From contig NZ_CP021324.1 of the NCBI RefSeq assembly GCF_002156965.1, positions 126,988 to 158,987 of the forward strand: DNA of 32,000 bases, in the 5' to 3' direction. The notes under the pieces are model-generated. The model did no database searches, was not told the DNA's origin, and worked only from the letters and a program-made list of their open reading frames with translations. Positions 1 through 7,797 of this stretch are shown one piece after another (positions within the stretch are counted from its first letter, which is position 1; each line of letters starts with the position of its first letter). Both the position numbers and the translations under genes were made by a program. The stretch is from Candidatus Nitrosomarinus catalinensis. GTDB lineage: Archaea > Thermoproteota > Nitrososphaeria > Nitrososphaerales > Nitrosopumilaceae.

Positions 1-925
1 TCTAGGAGTTGGATTTGGTGATGAAGTTATTATTCCTACATTCACTTTTTCAGCAACTGCTGATGCTGTTGAATATTGTAATGCGAAGCCTATTTTTACA
101 GATGTTGATATGGATTCATTTAACATCCTTTCAAATGAAATTAAAAAGAAAATTACAAAAAGAACAAAAGCAATTGTAGTTGTTCATTATGGTGGTCAAT
201 CTTGTGATATGACTGAAATTTTAAAAATCAGTAAAGAAAAAAATATTCCTGTAGTTGAAGATTGTGCACATGCATTAGGTTCAACATATGGTAAAAAAAA
301 ATGTGGAACTATTGGAGATGTAGGATGTTTTAGTTTCTATCCTACAAAAATTATAACTACTGGAGAAGGAGGAATGGTCACTACTAATAATATTGAATTA
401 TTTAAAAAAATTAAATCTCTTCGTTCACATGGTATGAATATTTTACCTTCTGAACGTGAGAAAAAAGCTAGTTGGGAATATGATATAGTTGAATTAGGAT
501 TTAATTATAGATTAGATGAAATTCGCTCTGCACTAGGTTTTTCACAATTAAAAAGACTAAGTGAAATTAATAAGCACAGAAAAATGATTGCAAAAAAATA
601 TTCACAATTATTGAATAATGTTAAAGGAATTATTATACCTGTTACCAAAAATAATCGTAATCATATTTTTCACCTTTATTCCATTAAAGTAGACAAAACT
701 TATTCTTTAACAAGAGATGAATTATTTGAAAAATTATATTCAAAACATATAGGAACAAGTGTTCAGTATAAACCCCTTCATTTAATGACCTATTATAAAA
801 AAAAATACAATCTAAAGAAATCTAATTTTCCAAATGCTAATTTACTAGTAAAACAAATTCTTTGCTTACCAATTTATCCACAAATGACTGATAAAGAAAT
901 TAAATATGTGACATCTCAATTCTAA
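1..925 (+). CDS. DegT/DnrJ/EryC1/StrS-family PLP-dependent sugar aminotransferase (PseC/LegC-like), 5'-truncated by the window edge
   Basis: Frame 2 is open from nt 2 (LGVGFGDEVIIPTFTFSATADAVEYCNAKPIFTDVD...), so the Met at 110 is internal. Family motifs are present: EDCAHALGS, FSFYPTKIITTGEGG (PLP lysine context) and LRSHG. Confidence 0.85.
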   Translation, partial: LGVGFGDEVIIPTFTFSATADAVEYCNAKPIFTDVDMDSFNILSNEIKKKITKRTKAIVVVHYGGQSCDMTEILKISKEKNIPVVEDCAHALGSTYGKKKCGTIGDVGCFSFYPTKIITTGEGGMVTTNNIELFKKIKSLRSHGMNILPSEREKKASWEYDIVELGFNYRLDEIRSALGFSQLKRLSEINKHRKMIAKKYSQLLNNVKGIIIPVTKNNRNHIFHLYSIKVDKTYSLTRDELFEKLYSKHIGTSVQYKPLHLMTYYKKKYNLKKSNFPNANLLVKQILCLPIYPQMTDKEIKYVTSQF

Positions 926-1061
926 TTTATTAAAAGATCAAGCGTTATCTCTTTAAAAATTCCCAAAAATGATACTTGAATAAATAAAATATGTAGTAAA
1001 AAACTTGAAATGGAAAAGATTTTTTACTATAATTCAAATATTAGCAAAAATTATTTGTTTT

Positions 1062-2000
1062 ATGGCAAAGATTGGTTTTGTAGGATGTCACGAAATAAGT
1101 TGGTTTTGCTTGAAAAAAATATGCCAATTATCTAAAGAACATAAAGATGAGATGGTAGTTGTTTACAATTTAAATGAGGAAGAAAGCAAAAAACATTCAA
1201 GTTATTTCAATTTTGATTCATTAAAAAAAGAATTTGATTTTAATTTGAAATACATTTCAAATATTACAGATAGAGACAATTTAGAATTTTTGAAAAACTC
1301 TGGATTAGATGTACTTTTTATAATTGGATGGCATAAGATAGTACCTCAAGCAGTAATAGACACTGCAAAAATATGTTTAGGAATTCATTCTTCAGAACTC
1401 CCTAGAGATAGAGGTTCATCTCCAATAAATTGGCAAATTATAAAAGCTGAAGAGAAAGGTGGGGTTACTTTATTTCATTTAAGTGAAGGAGTAGATTCAG
1501 GACCAATTGTTGAAAGTACCAGTTATGATATTTCTGATGAAGACGATGTTAGAACAGTGTATTTTAAAGCAACAATCGCTTCAATCTCATTATTAGAAAA
1601 ACATTGGTCAAACATACACAATCTAGATGTTCCAAGTATCACACAAGATGAATCGCAAGCAACTTACAATGAAAGACGAAGGCCAAAAGATGGATTAATT
1701 GACTGGACTCAAAGTTCTAAGAAATGTTATGATTGGATTAGAGCAATAACGTTTCCATATCCTGGAGCATACACATACTGGAATAAGAAAAAAATCATAT
1801 TAATTTCGTCAAAAATAAGTAATATTCAAGGAACAAAACCTGGAGAAATTTTACAAGTGGGGGAGAAAATCATAGTTTCATCTGGAGATAATAGTTTAGA
1901 AATTTTATCATTACAAGTTGAAGGAGAGCCAATTTGCAATGCTAAATTATTTGTAGATTCATATAAAATACAAAGTGGGGATGTTTTTTCCAATTCATAA
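1062..2000 (+). CDS. Sugar-nucleotide/Fmt-like formyltransferase (N-terminal formyltransferase domain plus C-terminal Fmt-type domain)
   Basis: IHSSELPRDRGSSPINWQI matches the HxSLLPxxRG formyltransferase motif, and a downstream GVDSGPIV Asp motif is present. The track start at TTG 1005 adds 19 hydrophobic residues. ATG 1062 (MAKIGFVGCH) fits the family N-terminus better. Confidence 0.75.
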   Translation: MAKIGFVGCHEISWFCLKKICQLSKEHKDEMVVVYNLNEEESKKHSSYFNFDSLKKEFDFNLKYISNITDRDNLEFLKNSGLDVLFIIGWHKIVPQAVIDTAKICLGIHSSELPRDRGSSPINWQIIKAEEKGGVTLFHLSEGVDSGPIVESTSYDISDEDDVRTVYFKATIASISLLEKHWSNIHNLDVPSITQDESQATYNERRRPKDGLIDWTQSSKKCYDWIRAITFPYPGAYTYWNKKKIILISSKISNIQGTKPGEILQVGEKIIVSSGDNSLEILSLQVEGEPICNAKLFVDSYKIQSGDVFSNS

Positions 2001-2010
2001 ACAATTCAAA

Positions 2011-2673
2011 TTAGATTTTTTCAATATCTCGTAACACAATAAATGCTTCAGCATTCATTACACCTATAGAAGATCCCCAGAAATTTGAACGTGTAACAAT
2101 AGATTTATCAGAACGTGGATGTGGATATTCATGTATTTCATTTTTGTATATTTCAACAGCAGCAATTTTTTTCTTTAAAAATGGAGTTATTTCTACAAAT
2201 AAATTTGGTTTAAAACTTGCATTACCCCATTCAGTAGAAGATGGTGTTTCATAACAAATTAAGCGTTGAATGTTAGAATTTGGTGTAGGTCGTGCAGCTA
2301 TCAGAGTAATATCAAATATTTTTTTATGATCTTGATTTACATCACCCCAAAAATGAGTATAAATTGTATCGGGATTATATTCTTCAATTATTTTTTCTAA
2401 TTTTTTTGCTAAAACTAGAGATGATATAGTATCAAGTGTCTGATCACGATAATCTAAGAATTTAATTTTTTCAATTCCTAAAATAGTTGCTACTTTTTTT
2501 GCTTGATTTTTTCTCATTACAATGTTTTTTTTAGAATTACTTCTTGCCGATTCACCATCAGCAAAAATCACAACAAATACCTGATCACCGTTTTGAGAAT
2601 GTTTTACAATAGTACCGCCCAAACCTAAAGTTTCATCATCTGGATGTGCACAGACTACTAGAATTTTTTTCAT
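2011..2673 (-). CDS. PIG-L/LmbE-family N-acetyl-sugar deacetylase
   Basis: The N-terminal VCAHPDDETLGLGGT motif and the later VNQDHKK His/Asp motif are typical of the PIG-L family. The 220 aa size fits. Confidence 0.8.
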   Translation of the reverse strand: MKKILVVCAHPDDETLGLGGTIVKHSQNGDQVFVVIFADGESARSNSKKNIVMRKNQAKKVATILGIEKIKFLDYRDQTLDTISSLVLAKKLEKIIEEYNPDTIYTHFWGDVNQDHKKIFDITLIAARPTPNSNIQRLICYETPSSTEWGNASFKPNLFVEITPFLKKKIAAVEIYKNEIHEYPHPRSDKSIVTRSNFWGSSIGVMNAEAFIVLRDIEKI

Positions 2674-2696
2674 ATTCCTAGTTTAAGTTTCAATTG

Positions 2697-3728
2697 TTAA
2701 TAATTCTTTAAATCATCTTTTAAGTTGAGAATTTCTTTAGAAATTCGTTTTGCACCTAAACCATCAACAATTTCAAGTTTTTTTGTATAGTTAAGTTCCC
2801 CAGAAATTATAGAATCCAAGAAATTACAAAGTTTTTTATCTAAATTTTTGTCAGGTAATCCTAAATTCAAACCAACTTGCTTTTTCTCCCATTGTTGTGC
2901 AGTTTTTAATTGGTGTTTTACCTGACAAACTACAGCAAAGGGTACATGCATAGTAGCAAATTCATATGAAGTGATACCCCCAGAACATAAACCATATTCA
3001 CTTGATGCAATTTCTTGATACATGTTTTTTGTTTCTTTTATAATGTGAAGAGATTTAAAATTTTTTTTCAGATTATTTAGTTGTGATAATTTTGAACCAG
3101 GCCCTAAAATTATTTTAATTTTCAGTTTTTGTTGATATTTTTGTAAATTTTTTAAAAATATTCTTACAAGATTATGTTCATCAAAACCACCAAATGTAAC
3201 AAGTAGTTTGAATTTCTTTTTAGTAGGATCTTTTTTTAAAGAGAAATTTTTATGTAAAATTTGATAAGAAGGACCAGTAAAACATTTTGTTCCAAATTTA
3301 TTGTATAATATTTTATTTGAAAATCCTATATATCCATTAAAAATTAAATCAGCTGGAAAATCAATTTTTTCTAAATCCGAAATATAAATTACTTTAACAT
3401 AATTACGTAATTTTTTTACGTATCGTTTTTGTGTTTTATATTTATCAATAATTAAAATATTGATATTTTCTTTTTTAATTATATTGATAGTTTTTTGTAA
3501 ATCATCTTCAAAGTTTGAATTTTGTCTTAATGAAAAAATTTGTTTAAATCCTGAATTGATTATTGGTTTTTTTGCTTGACCATAATCTTCTACTAAAAAG
3601 AAAATATTGTTTTTACTTAATTCTTGTGCAAGGTTAATACATCTAAAAACATGTCCAAACCCTAATTGTTTATTTTTTGCTTGTCCTCCAGAGGTTCTAA
3701 ATAATATGTTTAGTTGTTGCTTTTTCAA
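2697..3728 (-). CDS. pseG: PseG-like UDP-sugar hydrolase / GT28-type glycosyltransferase fold protein
   Basis: The N-terminus ILFRTSGGQAKNKQLGFGHVFRCINLAQEL resembles the PseG R-x-D/G...G-x-GH-x-x-R-C motif. The C-terminal half has a GT-B nucleotide-binding look (CSGGITSYEF). It lies between a NeuB-like synthase and a deacetylase. Confidence 0.55.
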   Translation of the reverse strand: MKKQQLNILFRTSGGQAKNKQLGFGHVFRCINLAQELSKNNIFFLVEDYGQAKKPIINSGFKQIFSLRQNSNFEDDLQKTINIIKKENINILIIDKYKTQKRYVKKLRNYVKVIYISDLEKIDFPADLIFNGYIGFSNKILYNKFGTKCFTGPSYQILHKNFSLKKDPTKKKFKLLVTFGGFDEHNLVRIFLKNLQKYQQKLKIKIILGPGSKLSQLNNLKKNFKSLHIIKETKNMYQEIASSEYGLCSGGITSYEFATMHVPFAVVCQVKHQLKTAQQWEKKQVGLNLGLPDKNLDKKLCNFLDSIISGELNYTKKLEIVDGLGAKRISKEILNLKDDLKNY

Positions 3729-3749
3729 ATGTATTTAACAGAAATTACT

Positions 3750-4754
3750 CTATCTTATATCCTTCCATCTAATTGATTCGTCCATTGATATTTTTCGAGT
3801 TGTTTTTTTTCCTAAAATTTTATTAAAAAATTTTGGCTCTATTCCTGTGGCCGGACGTTTAATTGATAACATGTCAAGTGTTAATTTAACACCTTTTGGA
3901 ATTGGTATACTTGCAGTAACAGAACGTCGTGCCAGAGTTTTGGTGTTCATTTCTGATGGTTGACAGGATTTAATTCCACTACCAATCAATTTTTCAACAA
4001 TGCGTATGTTTGTTATTAGATTTTTTAATTCTTTAGGGTTGGAAGAGATTGAATGATCTGGTCCACTCATTTTTTTATCTAAAGTAAAATGTTTTTCAAT
4101 TAGTTTAGCACCTCTTGCTACTGCTGCAAATGAAACTAATTCGTTATCCCCATTATCAGAAAAACCAATTGGATATGGAAATTTTTTTTGTAGTTGATTA
4201 ATAGATGAAAGATTTACTTCCTCTGTAGGCGCAGGATATGAAGAAATACTATGCATTATCATGATTTTTTTATTTTTTGTAGATTTGATAGTTTTTAGCG
4301 CATCAGATATCTCATTCATATTTGACATTCCTGTGGAAATAATCATTGGTTTCATTTTGGATGATGCATATTTTATCAATGGTAAATTAGTTAAATCACC
4401 TGAAGCAATTTTAAATGCAGGCACATTAAGTTTAGAAAGTAAATCGACAGAATCATTGCTAAATGGAGTAGATAAAAAAATTATTTTTTTACTTTTAGCA
4501 TATTTTGATAACTCTGTAAATTCACTATCTATTAACTCAAGTTTTTTGAAAAGTTTAAAATAATCAGATTTTTTTGCAATAAAATTTTCTGTTTTAAAAG
4601 TTTGAAATTTTATTGCATCAGCACCACATTTTTGTGCAGTATTGATTAATTTTTTAGCAATATTGATATCGCCATTATGATTTAGACCAGCTTCGGCAAT
4701 AATAAAAACTGGAGAATCTTCACCGACAATTTTTTTTGAGATTCGAATTTTCAT
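3750..4754 (-). CDS. neuB: NeuB/PseI/LegI-family nonulosonic acid synthase with C-terminal SAF domain
   Basis: Motifs IIAEAGLNHNGD, GADAIKFQTF, STGMS and IEKHFTLD are present. A C-terminal SAF-like segment (RRSVTASIPIPKGVKLTLDMLSIKRP) follows. The usual G-x-SDH-T motif reads GFSDNG here. Confidence 0.85.
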   Translation of the reverse strand: MKIRISKKIVGEDSPVFIIAEAGLNHNGDINIAKKLINTAQKCGADAIKFQTFKTENFIAKKSDYFKLFKKLELIDSEFTELSKYAKSKKIIFLSTPFSNDSVDLLSKLNVPAFKIASGDLTNLPLIKYASSKMKPMIISTGMSNMNEISDALKTIKSTKNKKIMIMHSISSYPAPTEEVNLSSINQLQKKFPYPIGFSDNGDNELVSFAAVARGAKLIEKHFTLDKKMSGPDHSISSNPKELKNLITNIRIVEKLIGSGIKSCQPSEMNTKTLARRSVTASIPIPKGVKLTLDMLSIKRPATGIEPKFFNKILGKKTTRKISMDESIRWKDIR

Positions 4755-4838
4755 ATTTATGTTATCACTTGATGGTAATTTAATGATCCTTTATTAATTA
4801 AATACTGAAAAATAAAATAATCAAAAAATAGAGGAAAA
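4755..4838. promoter_or_regulatory. Divergent A/T-rich intergenic region (likely archaeal TATA/BRE promoters for the neuB-like operon and the GNAT/radical SAM/phosphonate genes)
   Basis: An 84-nt gap separates divergently oriented starts. It has several TATA-like boxes (TTTAATGA, TTATTAATTAAATA, AAATAAAATAA). No experimental support. Confidence 0.25.
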
Positions 4839-5258
4839 TTGTTGGGTATAAAACTTCGTCAAGCGGAAAAAAGAGATTGGGATTTAATTTTAGATCTTCG
4901 TAACGCATCATACAAGTTTTTTTACAAACAAAATGAACCAATTTCACATAATGAGCACTACAAATACATGGAAAATCAAATCAAAAACAATAACTTTCAT
5001 CAATGGATAATTACTCATAATAACGAGGATGCAGGATATGTAAGAATTTTGGATTCTGATGTAAGTATAATGGTAGATAAAGAATATCAAAATAAAGGAA
5101 TTGCATCAATTGCATTATTTTTACTGGAAAAAGAAGCAAAAACATTAGGAATTAAAAAATTAGTAGCTTTAGTTGCACCTGAGAATAAAAGTAGTCAAAA
5201 AATTTTTCAAAAAAATAATTATATTCTGAAATTGAATTTATTTGAAAAAGATCTTTAA
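4839..5258 (+). CDS. pseH: GNAT-family N-acetyltransferase, PseH-like
   Basis: IKLRQAEKRDWDLILDLRN... resembles the PseH N-terminus (LR..xxxDxxxxxxWRN). The GNAT acetyl-CoA loop YQNKGIAS (Q/R-x-x-G-x-A/G) is present. The start is TTG and no in-frame ATG lies nearby. Confidence 0.6.
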   Translation: MLGIKLRQAEKRDWDLILDLRNASYKFFYKQNEPISHNEHYKYMENQIKNNNFHQWIITHNNEDAGYVRILDSDVSIMVDKEYQNKGIASIALFLLEKEAKTLGIKKLVALVAPENKSSQKIFQKNNYILKLNLFEKDL

Positions 5259-5305
5259 TGAGTCAATATTCAAAAGAAATCACATATTTATTTATAATAT
5301 AACAA

Positions 5306-6364
5306 ATGAGATTCCATATGCAACCAAAGGCTAACATTTTTCAAGGATATACTGAGTTTCATAATGAACATTATTACAAATGGGAAAAAGCTCAATCTCA
5401 AAAGTATTTCGAATACAGAAAAAAATGGGTAGAAAATGCAGACAAACTAATTATTGAAAAATATCCGCTACATTTGGACATAGGAATTTCTAATGTTTGT
5501 AATCTAGAATGTACATTTTGTGCAAGAACAATTAAAGTTCAAAAAGATGATTGGAGGAAAGTCATGCATATGGATATCAATTTATTTAAAAAAATTATTG
5601 ATGAAGCTGTTGAATTAGGTACCTATTCAATTAATATGAATTTGTTATGTGAGCCTTTAATTCATCCTAAACTATTAGAAATGATCAAGTATGCAAAAGA
5701 AAAAGGAATTATTGATGTTCATTTTCATTCGCATGGAGGTTTGTTAAATGAAGAAAAAGCTAATTTATTATTAGATTCTGGATTGGACAAACTTTTCTTT
5801 TCAATTGATTCTCCTTATAAGGATAAATATAATAAAATTCGAGTTTTATCTGATTTTGATAATGTAATTGCAAATTTAAAAAGATTTAAAGAATTAAGAG
5901 ATGCAAGGGGACAACTTAATCCAATGATAAGAGTCAGTATGATCCAATTTCCAGACATTGAAGAACAAGAATTAATTGATGCAAAGAAATTCTTTTTGCA
6001 ATTTGCAGATGCAGTTGGATTTCAACAATACGTTGATCCACATAGAGAAATTGGTAAAGATAGAACTTATCCATCAGAATATAAATCAAAATTTGTTTGC
6101 CAACAGCCTTTTACACGCCTTTCAATAATTGAGGATGGTAGGGTATCACCTTGCTGTAATGATTATGATCAAGAACTGATAATTGGTGATGTAAGTAAAC
6201 AGAGTTTACAAGAAATTTGGGAATCAAATGAACTAGCTCAATTTAGAGATGTTATGAAAAAAGGGGATTTTTATAAGATTCATGCTTGTGCTAATTGTGA
6301 GATGGCAGTAAATGCAGACGAAGATAAACAAACTCCCATACAAAAATTGGAACCTACTATTTAG
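5306..6364 (+). CDS. Radical SAM protein with C-terminal SPASM-type auxiliary cluster domain
   Basis: CNLECTFC is the CxxxCxxC radical SAM motif. The C-terminal Cys-rich region (CQQPF...GRVSPCCNDY...LQEIWES...ACANCE) is typical of SPASM/twitch domains. Confidence 0.8.
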   Translation: MRFHMQPKANIFQGYTEFHNEHYYKWEKAQSQKYFEYRKKWVENADKLIIEKYPLHLDIGISNVCNLECTFCARTIKVQKDDWRKVMHMDINLFKKIIDEAVELGTYSINMNLLCEPLIHPKLLEMIKYAKEKGIIDVHFHSHGGLLNEEKANLLLDSGLDKLFFSIDSPYKDKYNKIRVLSDFDNVIANLKRFKELRDARGQLNPMIRVSMIQFPDIEEQELIDAKKFFLQFADAVGFQQYVDPHREIGKDRTYPSEYKSKFVCQQPFTRLSIIEDGRVSPCCNDYDQELIIGDVSKQSLQEIWESNELAQFRDVMKKGDFYKIHACANCEMAVNADEDKQTPIQKLEPTI

Positions 6365-6400
6365 TTTACAAAAAATTCATTGGTATGAAAAAGAGATAAA

Positions 6401-7726
6401 ATGACTAAACCCAATATTTTATTTATTTTAATTGATTCTATGCGAGCGGATAAATTTTTTCCTAATAAAACACATTCACCATTTCAAAACTTAATTGATC
6501 AAGGTGCGTATTTTAAACAAAATATTTCCTCTTCTGACTACACACAAACTGGTATTGGGAGTATTTTTACTGGTTGTTATCCCTTTGATGCAGGATTAAA
6601 AGCACAAAATTATCAAAAATTATATTCTAAACAAACTAACTATATTGAATTTTTAAAACAAAATGGTTATCATGCTTATACAACAATGGCAGAATCAGTT
6701 TCGGAGTTAGGTTTTTCAAAATTATTTGATAATGCAGATCAATCATATCCAAATTCATTACGTCTATTTGATGGATTAGGAAAAAAAATTATTAGTTTTT
6801 TAAAATCAATAAGCTTAGAAAATCCCTGGTTTTATTTTATTCATTTAGAAGATCTTCATTTACCTGTAAGTTTACCATCAAAATATGAACATGTAAAATA
6901 TTCTGAAAGATATGATATTGCAATATCAGAAATTTATTCATGGATAAATAAAATGATTCAGTTAGTAGATCTTAAAAATACTCTAATTGTTATAACATCT
7001 GATCATGGTGACTATATCCCTTCAATCGATGACACCAAAAATTCAAATCAAAATATCTTGAGAACTAAATCTATAATTAGAAATAAAATCCCTTCACCCA
7101 TTTATGATAAAATTTCAATAACAAAACGTACTCTCACCAAGAATATTCAAAAACATAAAACTAAATCCAATTATGAAAAACGTGCAATTGACAGTAGAAC
7201 TGGAAAAAATCGTCATCTTTACGATGAAATAATTAGAACTCCATTACTTTTTTTTGGTTATGATATCAAACCAAAAAAAATTCTTGAACAACAAGTAAGG
7301 AGTATTGATATTTTTCCTACTATTTTAGATGTTATTGGTATTGATAAAATTAATTTCAATATTCATGGCCAAAGTCTTAAACCGTTATTAAACAATAAAA
7401 TCTTGCCAGAATTTCCAGTTTATCTAGAAAGTACTGTTTTTTCGACAGTACAAAAAAATGCTATTCCTCATTTGGGAATTCGAACTCCACAATTCAAATA
7501 TTTTAGAAGAGTAGATAATCCTAAAAAAAGTGTTCATCTTTATGATTTAATTAATGATCCATTTGAGGAGAATAATATTTTTTCAAAAAATGAAAAACTT
7601 ATTTTTGAAATGGAGAAAGAAATTTTAAAAATCAAAAAAAATAATTTTATGCCTAACCTAGAAGATCTTGATGATTTAGAAACAAAAAAAGTTGAAGATG
7701 AGTTAAGAAAACTTGGATATATTTAA
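6401..7726 (+). CDS. Alkaline-phosphatase-superfamily 'sulfatase-like' hydrolase/transferase with Thr at the nucleophile position
   Basis: ILFILIDSMRAD (metal Asp), ITSDHGD and the sulfatase-type spacing are present. The segment YTQTGIGSIFTGCYP aligns with sulfatase C-T-P-S-R-x-x-x-x-T-G-R-Y-P but places Thr where Cys/Ser (formylglycine) would be. No C/S-x-P-x-R motif exists. Confidence 0.8.
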   Translation: MTKPNILFILIDSMRADKFFPNKTHSPFQNLIDQGAYFKQNISSSDYTQTGIGSIFTGCYPFDAGLKAQNYQKLYSKQTNYIEFLKQNGYHAYTTMAESVSELGFSKLFDNADQSYPNSLRLFDGLGKKIISFLKSISLENPWFYFIHLEDLHLPVSLPSKYEHVKYSERYDIAISEIYSWINKMIQLVDLKNTLIVITSDHGDYIPSIDDTKNSNQNILRTKSIIRNKIPSPIYDKISITKRTLTKNIQKHKTKSNYEKRAIDSRTGKNRHLYDEIIRTPLLFFGYDIKPKKILEQQVRSIDIFPTILDVIGIDKINFNIHGQSLKPLLNNKILPEFPVYLESTVFSTVQKNAIPHLGIRTPQFKYFRRVDNPKKSVHLYDLINDPFEENNIFSKNEKLIFEMEKEILKIKKNNFMPNLEDLDDLETKKVEDELRKLGYI

Positions 7727-7797
7727 AAATTTTAATTAAATTAGATTTTTAATTATCAACATAACTATTTTTAAGCCCTAATCATCTTTTCTTATTA

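Noticed and set aside
1005-1061. N-terminal extensions implied by the earliest alternative start codons in the track: 1005, 19059, 20696, 22365 and 28482
   Set aside because: The extensions are hydrophobic or low-complexity, and they precede an ATG that gives the family-typical N-terminus. Internal ATG starts were preferred (1062, 19074, 20705, 22407, 28458), though this is unverified.
4261-4563. Antisense or shadow ORFs listed in the track. They include 4261-4563, 7782-8054, 8140-8352, 8478-8675, 9229-9432, 11822-12043, 12536-12775, 12803-12985, 14105-14311, 14603-14833, 15447-15653, 15602-15883, 16814-17092, 17266-17568, 19220-19429, 20106-20315, 26229-26417, 27398-27583, 27737-28042, 28082-28327, 28883-29182, 29926-30165, 30178-30399 and 31642-31914.
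   Set aside because: Each lies wholly inside, or opposite, a longer ORF with clear family motifs. Their translations are low-complexity, Leu/Phe/Ile/Ser-rich sequences typical of antisense frames in AT-rich DNA.
5306-7726. Radical SAM/SPASM gene plus adjacent 'sulfatase' read as an anaerobic sulfatase-maturating enzyme and sulfatase pair
   Set aside because: Neither sulfatase-like protein has a Cys/Ser-x-Pro-x-Arg formylglycine site. The aligned nucleophile position is Thr in both, so there is no substrate residue for an anSME.
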